64,000 bases of DNA, taken from assembly GCF_000143415.4 (NCBI RefSeq), contig NW_003314348.1:124001-188000 (forward strand). The letters are read 5' to 3'. Shown here one piece after another: positions 1-12,694 of this stretch (positions within the stretch are counted from its first letter, which is position 1; each line of letters starts with the position of its first letter). The DNA comes from Selaginella moellendorffii (Eukaryota > Plantae > Lycopodiophyta). A program made the position numbers and the translations under genes. The notes beneath the pieces were generated by a model, which saw only the letters and a program-made list of their open reading frames with translations, had not been told where the DNA came from and did not search any database.

Positions 1-534
1 ATTCCAATCTAGCCATAATACCAAAGAGAATGAATAAAATAAGAAATAAAATATAAGGAGCACAAACATAAAATACAATGAGGACAAACTTAAACCAAGC
101 TAGGTTATATATGTATAAATTATAGCCGTTCATTCACTGGCTAATTATAAAATTATAGTCGTTAACATATCCATTAACAAAATCTGCTAATTAAAATTTA
201 CAGTTACTAATTTAGAGTTAGTCGTTAAACATTTAAGGATGGCAAAAAGGTAGCCACTTAAAAGAGGGGGTGTGCAAATAAGACTCACAGCCTAATTCCT
301 CACCCATCTATTTGTCTGTTAACACTTCCTGGCCTTCACCTGAAAGGGCGCCAGAGACAAAAAATGTATTTTTGATATATATAACACAACAGAAGAAATT
401 AAGTTATAACCCTCTAGTAACTTAACTTACAGAATCTAAAAGGTAGCAACCAACATTTCCCTTCACAATATTGACTTACTATGTCCTTTGAAAAATACGG
501 TTAAACTCTGACACATATTTTTTCTCGGTTTAGG

Positions 535-2321
535 TCAATCATCTAGTCTTTGGAGAAGCAAGGGCATGCCGTGCAGCGGCTGGAGCGCGATCCGGTGTAC
601 GGGGCTGTGCCGGTAATTGGGCGATAGCTGGAAGCTAAATCTCTGTAAGATCATGGCGACGGCGATCTTGGCTTCGGTGTGGGCGAAGGATTGGCCCAGG
701 CACACGCGCTGGCCTTGGGAGAATGGGAGAAATGCGAAGAGGTGCTGTGTCTTGGAGGCGCTGGAGATGCCGTCCGCAAAGCGCTCGGGTCTAAACTCGT
801 TGGCGTCGTCGCCCCAGATGTCCTTGTCGTGGAGGAGGTAGAGAATGGGGATGATCACTCCGCTCCCTTCCGGGAATGACAAATGCCCAAGCTTGGCATC
901 TTTGAAGCAGCTCCGGACGATGGCAACGGCAGGAGAATACAATCGCAAGCTCTCGTTGAGCACCATCCCGACCTGGATTCGCCATAGCTATAGAGTTTAG
1001 AGGAGAAGTCCAAGAAAGAACAAAGAACTTACGATCTTTAGCTTGCTTAAGCTCTCGGCATCTGGTGCTTGGGACTGGCAGACTTGGCGGACTTCTTCTC
1101 GGGCTCGCTCCTGCCAGGATGGATTTATGGCGAGGAGCATCATCGTCCATGCCAGCCACTTAGCCGAGGTCTCCTGTCCCGCGATGTAGAACGTCTTGCA
1201 TTCCTCCATCAAGCCGTCAATGGTGAAGGAGAGCCCGGTCTTTGCATCATAGTGCTCCGCGTCGACTTCCTTGAGCATCACTCCGAGGAGATCACTTCCA
1301 TAGCCCTCGATCTCTCCCGCCGCCGTTTGATCCTTCCGGACTTGGACAATCTCTTCCAGTGTCGAGCGCACCTCGGCATTGACGGCTTTGATATCGCGGT
1401 TGATCTTGGAGAATGGAAGCTTGCTGTGATGGAGTTTGTAAGAGACAAGTTCAAGTGCGAAGTCTATACCTCTGTATCCATAGCGATGAAAATTTGCGGT
1501 AGACGAGCTCGCCCACTTGATCCAGCAGCTCGAAAACTCTGTGGCCCTGCTTGTAGCTGCTGCCAAATGCCGCTCGAGAGATAATGTCCGACGTTAGTGT
1601 AATGAGCTCCTTGCAAACTTCCAGTTCGATGGGCTCTTCTTTGCCTTCTGTGAGAGCATTCCATTTCGCCAGCATGTCTGCTACGCAATCTCGCATGCCG
1701 CCGACCATGAGCTACAAGATTTTATGTCAAGAGAAGAACTTTGGAGTGATTTTCGCTCGCTTGCCTTGATCTTGTCGGCGTGAAAGGCCGGTGCGAGGAT
1801 GCGACGCCTCAACGCCCACTCGTCTCCATTCACGACGGCCATGCCTCGGCCCAGGAGATCGATCTGGAGCTGACGCTGCCAGTTGGAGTTCCAAAACGCT
1901 CCAGCCTTGTTGTAGAGCACCTCTTTGATCATGTCGAGGTCCGTAAGAACAACGCCAGGCTCGCTTCCCCACCACCACCGCAATGGTTGTCCTGGAAGAG
2001 AAGAAAATGTAAGTGAAATCTCTACAAGAACAAGAACTGGCGATGGGTACCATAGAGTTTAGCCCACTGGAGGTGGTGTGGCTGGACATACTCCATGATA
2101 TCGTGGGTGATCGGCCCTTCGATGCATTTGGCCTCGACGCGAGTCCGGATGTCAAATATGTGCTTGACATTTCCAGAGAGAATCGACCTGGGCGGGCCCC
2201 GAATACCCTGCCGCCGCAGCTTGGCCTCGAGGATCCAGGGCTTGAGCAAGGGCTTCGTCACCGCCTTCCACACCAGAGCTACGCATAACGCCGCGATCGT
2301 CCATAGCCACATTGGCGCCAT
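535..2321 (-). CDS. Cytochrome P450, CYP72 clan; 5 exons (2321-2051, 1991-1765, 1711-1470, 1423-1033, 972-535)
   Basis: Spliced ORF with N-terminal TM anchor, GIRGPP hinge, I-helix AGQETS, K-helix ESLR, PERF and heme motif FSQGQRVCLG. The 4-intron layout is typical of the CYP72 clan. Intron 2 is GC-AG (AAG|gcaagc). Confidence 0.92.
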
Positions 2322-2810
2322 GGAAAAATGATTTAAGAGATTTCCTTTGAGGGAATAATGTGAGCAAGTTTATTTAGTATAGTACCTTGCTTGAGCGCCA
2401 AGCGATCTGCGAAAAAAAAAAATTGTTTGGTGCCCTACCGTGGCGAGAGATGACTGGCTGGGTTTTACCACATTGGCTGTCGCTTCCAAGGAATTTGGAC
2501 CAATGCCTGCCAAAAGGAAGAGGTGTTTGAGTTCGCTTCTTCAGCTTCTACACGGTAGAGAAGAGATTCTTTTTGTATTCATCGAGATTCGAGTTCTTTG
2601 AAGTACATTCTTTCAATCCCAGCAATCGAGAAACCGTTGTTTTCCCGAAGACTTCTTCAGCGGGTCCCGATTTCTTCACGCCAATTCAGCAAATCTCCAA
2701 CCCACCTCTCTTCTGTTACACCAAGAACGAATGGGGCTTATGCTTGTGTCTAGGATTTCCTCTTTGAATTAAGAAATGGCTTCTCGTTGTGGTCCGGACC
2801 CGTTTGAAAG

Positions 2811-2892
2811 CCCACTCTGAACTATGTCTTCAAAGTTGACCTCGACCCTGACATAAACCCACTCTGAACCATGTCTTCAAAGTTGACCTCGA
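2811..2892. repeat. Direct tandem duplication, 47-bp period, ~2 copies
   Basis: cccactctgaacYatgtcttcaaagttgacctcga starts at 2811 and again at 2858. Confidence 0.85.
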
Positions 2893-3239
2893 GCCTAGCT
2901 CATCGCCAGGGTGCTTTTCTGTGCCGCTTCAGACCAACTTCAACCTCTACGTTGGGAAGTTGCTTCCCATTCAGTGAGTGAATTATGGCCAAACCCTTCA
3001 CCAAACTTCTAGGCACAGCTTTGTGGGCCCAAAAAATATCACTTTGATAGTAAGCATACATGCTCTTTAAATTCAAGGAGAAGGATTTGTAACAAAGAAG
3101 AAAGAGTAATAGACAATAGTACTTGAAGAAAGACCAAGTCATTTCCATAGATGTAATTGTTGAAAGTTGAATTTCTTATAGTCTGTGCAAACTTTTTTTT
3201 TGAAATAGCATATTAGTGGCCTAATGTGAAGATATAAGT

Positions 3240-3546
3240 ATTCCACTAAGGAATTTAGGATTAAACCCACTAGAGAAAATTAAATTGCCATATGTTAATC
3301 TCAACATATAGTGTGATTCCCCTAGCCAACTAAAAGAGTTTAACCAAAGCCTAATACTAAATGTAAACTCTCGAGTTTGGAGGTCACCTAACCCAATATT
3401 ACTCAAACCCAATGACATTTAACCCTAAATATCCTAAAACCTTTAATTAATTGAAAAAGGGTACCCTTATTCATGAGCTTTTTCTTTTTATATTTAAATC
3501 TTAATAGATTATTTCTCAAGTCATTTTACCCCTAGTCACATTTATG
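3240..3546 (-). mobile_element. Degenerate Cassandra-like TRIM fragment (LTR, PBS and part of internal region)
   Basis: Reverse complement contains gggtttgagtaatattgggttaggtgacctcc...gtttaca followed by tttagtatta (decayed PBS), matching the family at 52650-53160. Boundaries are approximate. Confidence 0.65.
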
Positions 3547-3549
3547 ACA

Positions 3550-6500
3550 CCATAAGCTATTGTACTATAACTTCTAGTGCTTTTTAAGGTATTTGTTCAA
3601 GAATAACTTGTTAATTTAGGATGAATTTATGATGCTCGTCCTTGCTATTTGATTTAGCATTTGCTCCAAACTTTGATCAACTCCTTATATGATCTATCTT
3701 AATTTGTATTACACCCTCATTAAAATATATTGAGCATTAGACAAAGATTTTTCTCTTCATTAGAATCCAAACTCCATCCTCTTCATATTTAATAAAGATG
3801 TAAAAATAGACTCAATCATCCATTTTGCCAACTGTTCATCACAAGATATATAGCAAAAACCTAAACTTCAAACACTCAAAGATGGGAGACTTTAGGTTTC
3901 TTACCTATCCATGCCTTACAAGGAGTCTAAACATTGTTGATAGGCTCTAAAGTTAATATATATGTGAAATGCCTCTCCAAAAACATGAAGTAATATTTTT
4001 GGCTTTCATTATAGAATATATTACATTTCTAGAATGCCATTCTAGCCAAGTTCATTTGCCATCGATTTTTATTGAGAAATTCCCCTTTTATGTAAATAGC
4101 ATCAAACTCCCTATTCAGGAACTCTAACCCTCCATCAATATAAACAGTTTTGATATAAGTAACTATATCTTTGTGATTCTACTCAAGAACAAAGCATAAA
4201 TTTGGTCAATGTTCCAAGTTTAGATAGCTAGAGTTGAGCATAAAACTAGAAAATGGCTCATCCACAATGAGCAAAAAGCACCTTGATCCTTCAATAGTGA
4301 TGTTTTGACCCATTTGTACAATATTAAAGTAAAAAAATTTTAAAATTTCTATACCTTATTGAGCTTTTGTTTTTTTAAAGATTTCTTTAATCCACTACAA
4401 AAATCTATACACCTATTAGGATTGAAAGTTTTGTGCTATAGCTCTATCATTGAGATGTCCCCAACATGAGCCACCATGCTAGAAACACTTTTATATAGCA
4501 AGATATAAAAATCACCATCTCATTGGGCAAAAGTCATTAGATTGATTTATCATTCTTTTCAGCATTATGATCTTGGTTTTGAACTTGCCTAAATTTTTTG
4601 AAATCTCACTTATACTAATCCACATCCTCCTCAAAAGCCACTTCATCTGACTATTGTAATGTTGTAATCTCCCCAGACATGACCTCCCAAATTCCACTAT
4701 GCCCTAAAAGCTTACAATCATCTCATTGCTAATGTTTATTAAAACTAAGCAAAAGAAACCATGTAAAGACCCACTCCAATGGAACAAAGAAAATAGCAAA
4801 ATAAAAGTATCTTCAAGTATAGTCTTAACATACTTTAATTTTTCCCTTGATGCTCTATAGTGTCTCATAATGCTCCAGTTGTCATGTCCTTTGTCATTCT
4901 TTTGGCTGTACCTAATATATGGGATCAACATGAGAATGATGTGATACTTTTAGATTCAAGTGGTAAATATCATGCGTGGTAGGTAAAAGGAAAGAATTTA
5001 CATTCTTGTATTAAGAGTTATTATTTCTCTAGAATGGAAAATTTTCCAAAAATATTTTAAGATTTTTCAATAGTTGATCTATTGATCATTTATCCTAAAA
5101 ACCATTTTATTTTTATAAGTCATTATAAACTAGTGAAGTGACTTTAGTTTACTTAGATATTAATAAATGGTTTATTATGATGTGGTTAAAGCAATTGAGT
5201 TGGATAAAGTTTAAAGTTTTAATAAAAAAAGTCAATAATATTTTTTTATAAAGGTAATCTTTATGCATTTCTTATATAGTATTATATGCACTTTACATTT
5301 GGGTTAGACTCTATGAGAGTAGTAAACTTTCATTGATCTTAATTTGATTTTAGTGGCCATTTACCTTGGCTAAGGATAGGAATGTCCAACTTAGTTAATA
5401 TGTTTATTAAAGGTTGTGTACCTATATAAGTACATCTGATGGTCTTTACTTTAGTTTTAGTTGGGTGTTGATCATTTATAGTTAGCCTCTTTAATTATAT
5501 TTAGAGTTATTAACTAAACATATTAGTGAGCTTATTGTGGTTCAATTGCATTTGAGTAGTCATTTATCTATACTTATCTATGTTTTTATATGTTATACCT
5601 AGATGTAGAGTATATGAATTTGGAGATGAACTCTAAGCCCATTGCATTATGAATTGAGGGTCTAATATAGATTTAAATCCTCTATGAGCACTAGCTTCTT
5701 ATATTCAACTCTTACATATAAAATAGTGTTAGATAAAGTTGGACATAATTTTAGCATACTGGTGGCTTAATGAGAGGGTAAGGGTAGCCCATCTATTAAA
5801 GTAGTATAGAGCTTGGGTTTCAACCTAAGTAAAATGCAAAACAAAGAGTAACATATCCTAATGGAAGCCAAATTAATATCTCAAATGGTTTATCATGCTA
5901 TGATAGGTTTGTTTATTAAATGGTATTGCGAAGGATTGTATTATTGGGCTTGTATGGTTTTCCTATGTTGGTATATTGGTTTCACCTCTATTAATAATGT
6001 TTGGCATGGTAGTGGATTATATTGAGTCTTGGACATAATGATTCACTCCTTGAGGATGTATTATTTATAATTGGGTATTAATAAAAGATTGGTCTTAGAT
6101 ATTAAATATAATATCTTTGACTTTTGTTAATTTAGTTGCTAGAAAGTTTTGAGTGGTGGTTTGCTCTTGCTTTCTTTTAATTTTGTTTTGGTGTTGATAG
6201 TGTTAAAGTAATCTTGATGTTGATATTGTAGAAGTTAAAATTAAAGTGAGATTAAATATTTTTCCATGGTATATTGAGGAAGTTAAATTTTCCCATCTAT
6301 AATGATTCAAATGATTGATGATTGGTTAAACTCTCATTAGAGATTGACATTTAGTTTTGCTAGTCTTAATGAAAATGGTGTTAATGGTTTGGCTATACTT
6401 TTATATTATTGACATTCAAGAATTTGTTAGATAGCAATTATATTGGCATTCAAACTAATTGAGTGATAAGTTAAGTTAATCTTAGTCTAAATGAGATTAT

Positions 6501-6607
6501 TTAGTAAAGTGTTGCTCTTAAAAAGTGGTTTAATCATGAATTATACTAGCTTTGTAAAATGAAGAATTAATGATCAATATTAAAGTTGTTGAGTCATTGA
6601 TAATTTG
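3550..6607. mobile_element. AT-rich, strongly decayed transposon-derived DNA (host of the gypsy insertion)
   Basis: No credible ORF and almost no CpG. 5680-5900 resembles the reverse strand of the ~1.3-kb LTR family (compare 56590-56800). Family not identifiable by eye. Confidence 0.5.
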
Positions 6608-6611
6608 AGTT

Positions 6612-6785
6612 TGTGAGGGCTAAGTGTACGGCTACGATGCCGTATACTAATATTAGCGTAGTGGATTTTGGTAGCCGTCGGATTGGTTTCAATCCGGACC
6701 ACTCGCTCCTGTATATAAACTAGGGTTTTTGGGTTAATTGATATGCACATTTCTGTATTCCCTTTCCATATTCCATGCACTCACA
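6612..6785 (+). repeat. 5' LTR
   Basis: tgtgagggc...gcactcaca, 170/174 identical to the 3' LTR. Contains the TATA-like motif tatataaa. Confidence 0.96.
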
Positions 6786-6786
6786 T

Positions 6787-6802
6787 TGGTGGAGATGAGG
6801 GG
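6787..6802 (+). other. Primer-binding site complementary to the tRNA-Ala 3' end
   Basis: TGGTGGAGATGAGGGG lies 1 nt after the LTR. The plant tRNA-Ala 3' end (CCCCGCATCTCCACCA) would give TGGTGGAGATGCGGGG, one mismatch. Confidence 0.8.
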
Positions 6803-7017
6803 CACCTTTGATTGTCCCTGGGAGTGCTTGGATTTGGGATTTCGGTTTAGATCTAGCTTTTGCATTGTCTAGATCTAGCTTTTTCCATTTCCTTTCTTTT
6901 GTTCTTTCCTTTCAGGATTTTGGTTTAGATCTAGCTTTTTGCATTGTCTAGATCTACCATTTCTTTCCAGCTTTTTGTCATTTCTCTTCTTTTGCTCTTT
7001 CTTTCTCATTCATTTTC

Positions 7018-7950
7018 ATGGCCGATCCGCAATCTCCTCCTTTGACTCTAGAGCAGCAGTTGGTTCAATTGCTTGATGCTATGCGCTTGCAATTGAACAA
7101 CCAAACTCAGTTGATGGCGGCGTTCACGGCACATGGTACAACTCCTCCTGCTTTTGGTGCCAATCCTCGCGTTCGGCCGGAGTTCTTTCGTGGGAATCCT
7201 GGGGATGATGTGTACCATTGGTTCGATCACTTCACGGTGATTGCCACATATCATTCTTGAGATGATGCTCGACGTTTGCGTGAGTTCCCCACATGTCTTC
7301 AAGGGACGGCATTGCAGTGGTACAATGGATTGAGCGCAGCTACTCGTGGCGATTGGAGTGTTCTTCCGGACGTCTTCAAACGCGCCTTTGGACACGCCGA
7401 CGATTGTGATGATGCCTTCCAACAATTGCATCGTCTTCGCCAAGGGCCATCTGAGTCGGTGATGCAATTTGGCGTTCGTTTCCGAAGTCTTTTGCTTCGT
7501 GCGGAGCCAAATATGTCGGAGCGGATCAAGCTAGGAATGCTGTGGCCAGCACTTCGTCAAGATCTTGTCGGACTTGTGCATGCACTTGCACCTGCCACTC
7601 TTGACGATGCTCTTCGCTTGGCACAACGTTATGAGACGTCGCCTCTTCCACTTCTTGCTATACGTCCTTCAGCTCCACTTCCTATGAGTGATGGTCCTGT
7701 TCCCATGGAGGTTGATGCTGCTGCTACTCGAGTCCAAGGACAAGGGCGAGGACGCGGTCGTGGCCGTGACATTCGTTGCTGGGCGTGTGATGAAGTTGGT
7801 CATACTTATCAGCATTGTCGGCGCTTTCCGGATTGGCGACCTCCATTTCCTGGGTGGAGACCTTGGCGTCAGCAACGTCCCGTTGGTGCTGCTGCGGTGG
7901 AAGGTTTGGATACCGAGGTGCATTCGGGAAATGAGGAGTCGCGCGAGTAA
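7018..7950 (+). pseudogene. gag: gag (retrotrans gag, PMEVD motif, CCHC knuckle); in-frame TGA at 7258-7260
   Basis: ORFs 7018-7260 and 7276-7950 share a frame. Motifs RPEFFRG, LQGTALQWY, PVPMEVD, CWACDEVGHTYQHC. The relic copy has TAG at this codon, implying ancestral TGG. Confidence 0.9.
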
Positions 7951-7989
7951 TGGAGGGACCTTGCGCGAATAAGTTAGTGACCCCTCCAT
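7926..7989 (+). promoter_or_regulatory. -1 programmed ribosomal frameshift signal (slippery heptamer plus H-type pseudoknot)
   Basis: G_GGA_AAT at 7926-7932 in the gag frame, 6-nt spacer, stem 1 7939-7947/7960-7968, stem 2 7950-7957/7982-7989. pol is in the -1 frame. Confidence 0.75.
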
Positions 7990-10900
7990 CTTTCTTTCGG
8001 GAGTATCATCAAGGGGTTCACTCGGCACCGGTTCATCCAGTGTTTACTTTCCAAGCTCGTTTTTATAACAAGAGGTCTCCTATTCTTCTCTCCGTGTTGG
8101 TTGATACAGGTTCGAGTTTATCTTCTATTGCTCGACCTGTTGCCACACGTTGTCGTCTACACTTGCATCGTGCGGCGGATCCAGTTTTCATTCTTTATGG
8201 CAACGGCCGTACACATGCATGTGCACGAGATGAGGCGGACCTGGTTGTGCGTGTGGGCGATCTCGAGCTTGGGTTGCAGTCATTGCGGGTGGTGCCGAGT
8301 CAAGCTTTTGACCTCATTCTTGGTATGGATTGGTTGCAGCACAATCATGCCAAGTGTGACTTTGAGGCTTTTCCCCCTTGTCTTATACTTCCTTATGTTT
8401 CATCCATTCCTCTCACTTCCGTACCTCTTTGTCCCTCTACTTCTACCTCTGCTTCCATTACTTTTGTTCCCCCATTATTTCCTCTTGTGTTTCCATCTTG
8501 TTCTGCTCTTCCCTTTTCCGATCCCTCCGATGATCTTTGTGTTGCAGCTGTTGACCAGCTCATGAAGGAGTATTCTGATCTTTTTGAATTTGACCTATCG
8601 TCTGGGGCCAAGATTGCCACACGTCATCCCATTCCAACCGGGGATGCTCGTCCAATCAAGGTTCCTGTTCGTCGTCGGTCACCCAAGGAGATCAAGATTT
8701 TACGTGCAAACGTCAAGGAGATGTTGGAGAAGGGTGTTATTCGGAAGTCGCGGAGTCCTTGGGCATGTGAACCTCATCTTGTGACGAAACCTGATAGGAG
8801 TATTCGTTTTTGCATCGACTATCGTCCGTTAAATGAAGTGACGATCCCGGACGTGTACCCTCTTCCTCACACTGCTGATCTCTTGGATCGTCTGGGGCGA
8901 AGTCGTTGGTTCACCAAGCTAGATCTTGCTTCTGGGTATTGGCAAGTACCGATGGCTGAAGACGATATTCCTAAGACTGCTTTTCGTACACCATTTGGTT
9001 TGTACGAGTTTTTGGTGATGCCGTTTGGTTTGAACAATGCTCCAGCAACTTTTCAGTGGATGATGGACGAGGTTCTTTGCGATATGCCGGAGGTGACGGC
9101 TGACTTCATTGATGATGTCTTGATCCACTCGGAGGGGACGTGGGAGGAGCATGTTCGTGATGTTTGTAAAGTGTTGGATCGGCTACGCGACATTGGTTTA
9201 AAGCTGAAGCGGTCAAAGTGCGTATTTGGGTCTAAGGACACAACTTATCTTGGGTACCGTATTTCTCGTGAGGGTTTGCAAGTTGATCCTGACAAACTTG
9301 TGGCTGTTCTAAAGTTCCCTACTCCGAAGTGTGTGAATGATGTGCAGCGCTTTTTGGGTAAGGTGCAGTATCTCGGTCGTTTTGTGGATCATCTTTCCGA
9401 TCGCACTTTACCATTGCGAGCGTTGTTGAAGTCATCAACGTCATCTTTCATCTGGTCTCCCGATTGTGAGCGGGCGTTCATGAATCTCAAAGAGCTATTG
9501 ACGACTCCTCCGGTTTTGGCATATCCTGACTACACTCGACCTTTTATTTTGCGCGTGGATGCTTCTGACATTGGTCTTGGAGGTGTGTTGATGCAAGAGA
9601 GCTCGAGTGTGCCTGGTCAGCGCCATCCCATTGCATACATAAGCCGTACATTACAACCAGCGGAGATGAACTACTCCACGACGGAGAAGGAGTGTTTAGC
9701 AGCAGTCTGGGGTTTCGAGAAACTTCATGCCTATCTACATGGTTCTCAGACGTTACTTGAAGGTGACCATGCTGCTGTTACTTCATTATTGAAGCGGAAG
9801 AACCTGGTTGGTCGTACGGCTCGATGGGCTTTGAAGCTTCAGATATATGATTTCGATGTTGTTCATCGCCCAGGGAGTTCTATGGCTGATGCTGATGCCC
9901 TTTCTTGAGCTCCTCTTCCTTCTCCACTCACTTCTCATGTTTCTGACGAACCTGTTGTTCCAGCATCTGTGGGTTTTCTAGATGAGGATTATGTGCCGTC
10001 GGCGGTTGCTGTCCTTGACGTTCAGTGTCTACAGGGCGTAGAGCAAGATCTACCTTCTCTGGATGAGGTTCGCGAGGCTCAAAAGATTGAGCCGTGGATT
10101 CGAAGGCTTCGAGATGGGTTTGAGAATCCTACATCATTTGCTGATGACTTGCCTTTTCGGCATTTACATTCTCAATATCGCCTTGAAGATGGCCTTCTTT
10201 ATTTTGTGGGGACGGATCCTGATGCTCATTTATGGCTAGTGGTGCCTTCCGTGTTTATTCCGCGGTTTCTCCATGCCTACCATGATTCTCCTATTCTAGG
10301 TGGGCATATGGGACACCGTTGTGTCACCGAGAAGCTGCGCAGATCTTTCTATTGGCCAGAGATGCGACGTGATATTATCCGGTATGTGCGTAGCTGCGTT
10401 TGGTGCCAAGCTCGTAATACTCCCCCTTGTGCTGCGGAAGGACGGTTGGAGTCAATTGCAGTTTCTCGTCCGTTTGAGTTGGTGGCGTTTGATCTTATGG
10501 GACCTTTTCCGCGATCGACTGCTGGCAATGAGTATGTTATTATTGCTTCTGACTACTTGACTCGTTGGGTGGAAGTTGGTGCTCTTGCTAGTGCCTCTGC
10601 AACTGCTGTTGGATACTTCCTCCTCAATCGAGTGGTGTTCCAGCATTCTTGTCCAGAACGGATTCTTTCGGATAATGGTCCTGCATTTATGGTTGAGGTA
10701 TTTCATGTTTTGACATCTCGGTTGGGGATACGCCACACTTTTACGAGTGCTTATCATCCACAATCAAACGGTCTGGTGGAACGGCTCGTTCGGACATTCA
10801 AAGGGATGATTGCGAAGTATGTGAACTTTCAACATTCGGATTGGGATGGTTATTTGCCGTCTCTTCGGTATGCTTATGTCACAGGGGTGCAGAGTTCTGT

Positions 10901-11414
10901 TGGTGCTTCACCATATAAACTTCTATATGGTCATGATCCAATATTACCAACAGAGCTAGGTTTACCTTCGCGATTGCCACGAGCTCCTGATGCTAGGTCA
11001 TGGGATCAATATTTGACAAGCATTCTTCCACTTGTCCGAGCAGAGTCTGCTGAACACTTAGGCCGCGTACAAGTGGGACAACAACGGCGCTACAATTCCC
11101 ATCATCGTCCACCAGCGGAGTACAAAGTGGATGATTTGGTGTTAGTCCATTTTCCCCATCTTACGGTACGTGGTTTATCTAAGGGGCTCCTTGCGCAGTG
11201 GAAAGGACCGTATCGGGTGTTGCGGCAAGTTGGACCACAAGTTTATGAGGTTCGGCATGACGTTCAGCAGGCCGATCCTCCGGAGATTGTGCATGTGCAG
11301 CGGTTAAAACGCTTCATACAGAGGGATCAGGAGCAGTTAATACCGTCTACAGATCCACCGATGCCTCCTCCTGACGTTCCTCCAGATCCCGGCCCATCTA
11401 CAAGAGAACCCTGA
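7950..11414 (+). pseudogene. pol: pol (protease, RT, RNase H, integrase with GPY/F module); in-frame TGA at 9906-9908
   Basis: LVDTGS protease; RFCIDYR, KLDLASGYWQ, MPFGL and FIDD in RT; DASDIGLG and EKECLA in RNase H; ADALS* where ADALSR is expected (CGA>TGA); HHCC and D-D-E integrase; WKGPYRV. No chromodomain. Confidence 0.93.
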
Positions 11415-11446
11415 CGGCCTTCCATTATTCCGAGAGGAGGGGATGA

Positions 11447-11620
11447 TGTGAGGGCCAAGTGTACGGCTACGATGCCGTATACTAATATTAGCGTAGTGGA
11501 TTTTGGTAGCCGTCGGATTGGTTTCAATCCGAACCACTCGCTCCTGTATATAAGCTAGGGTTTTTGGATTAATTGATATGCACATTTCTGTATTCCCTTT
11601 CCATATTCCATGCACTCACA
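11447..11620 (+). repeat. 3' LTR
   Basis: Follows the PPT gagaggaggggatga, ends ...actcaca, followed by TSD agtt. Confidence 0.96.
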
Positions 11621-12459
11621 AGTTGAGGTTATATTAATCATTAATAATTCTCATTATGTTATTATAAAGTGAGTTGCATTTTGATATAGAGAGATGGATC
11701 ACAGAGGATCTGTTTAGTGATAATTTGTTAAGTATATTGTGGCTTAAAGTATGACTTTAGTCAATTTATTTTATGACAAATTAGCTCATGACTAATCAAG
11801 GGTTTTTAGATATGGTGAAGGTAAAGGAGTCGCATAGAGGGCTTGGGGGTGGCTGGGTGGTGATCCATTTTGCATTAGTGTGGTAATTTTTCATTAGGTT
11901 CTAATAATTAGTATTAAAGGGTAGAGTTTGAGAATCTGCAAGTTTGCTATTATGGATTCTGCAGAGGAAGTTGCTCATCAATCATTTGTGAAATCTTGGA
12001 TGACTGATAATATAGTGTTAGAATTGCAAACCCTTAATAACAATATTTAAATCCTTGAGGTTGAAACCTTTGGTAGACATGTGTGAGTGCATTAAGAAAA
12101 TGGAGAATTCTTGAGGTGGTAGGAGTTTTGTTATAAATCGAGCTCAAATACCTAAGTTTGATGGCATTGATGTCTCTGTGGATGCTCAACTGGCTGCACA
12201 AAACCTTGAAACTAATCTAGGTTCAAGGATTGCTAAATGAAGATGCACTGATGGAGGTGGCGCTTAAAGGCTGAGCTACATGTTAGTGGGCTCACCTTTT
12301 CTTGATTTGACGATGGTATGTTTATATGTAACAATAAACTCATATCAAGTTACTTATCAATGTAAATTCTAAGATGGTATAATAGATATGATTAATTAAC
12401 CTACTATATTATTTAGCTCCTTGTTAGGTGTGTTTATCTTTGTTTTTGTGTCTCACTTA

Positions 12460-12670
12460 TGGGCTTAATCAAAAAGGTAGAATGTCAAGAGAGTGGGACG
12501 TTTAGGAGAGTTATACCTTTTAACTTCTATTCACGAAGATGTGAACTTGTAGGGAAGTGTAATGGTTTGAGAATCTGTTAGGGTTTAAATATAGAACAAG
12601 CAAATTTGATTTGGGTTTCAAATATAAAAGGAAAGGGCCAATGAACAAAAGTGCACCTATTTTCCCAATT
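12460..12670 (+). mobile_element. Cassandra-like TRIM fragment (internal region, PPT, partial LTR)
   Basis: tgtcaagagagtggg...gtgaacttgtagggaagtgtaatgg and aaagggccaatgaacaaaagtgcacc match 52880-53050. Confidence 0.65.
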
Positions 12671-12694
12671 ATAGAAAATCATCCATTGGTTTTC

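Larger units (their letters stand above)
6612..11620 (+). mobile_element. Full-length Ty3/gypsy LTR retrotransposon (non-chromovirus), 5.0 kb, inactivated by point nonsense mutations
   Basis: 174-bp LTRs TG...CA (6612-6785 and 11447-11620, 4 transitions apart). 4-bp TSD AGTT (6608-6611 / 11621-11624). PBS at 6787, PPT 11432-11446. Domain order gag-PR-RT-RH-INT. Confidence 0.97.

Noticed and set aside
6580-6780. Duplicated small ORF (also 11337-11615)
   Set aside because: Simply the reverse strand of the two LTRs.
7258-9908. Programmed stop-codon readthrough at the gag and pol TGA codons
   Set aside because: Both are better explained as TGG>TGA and CGA>TGA mutations in conserved codons; the relic copy supports ancestral TGG.
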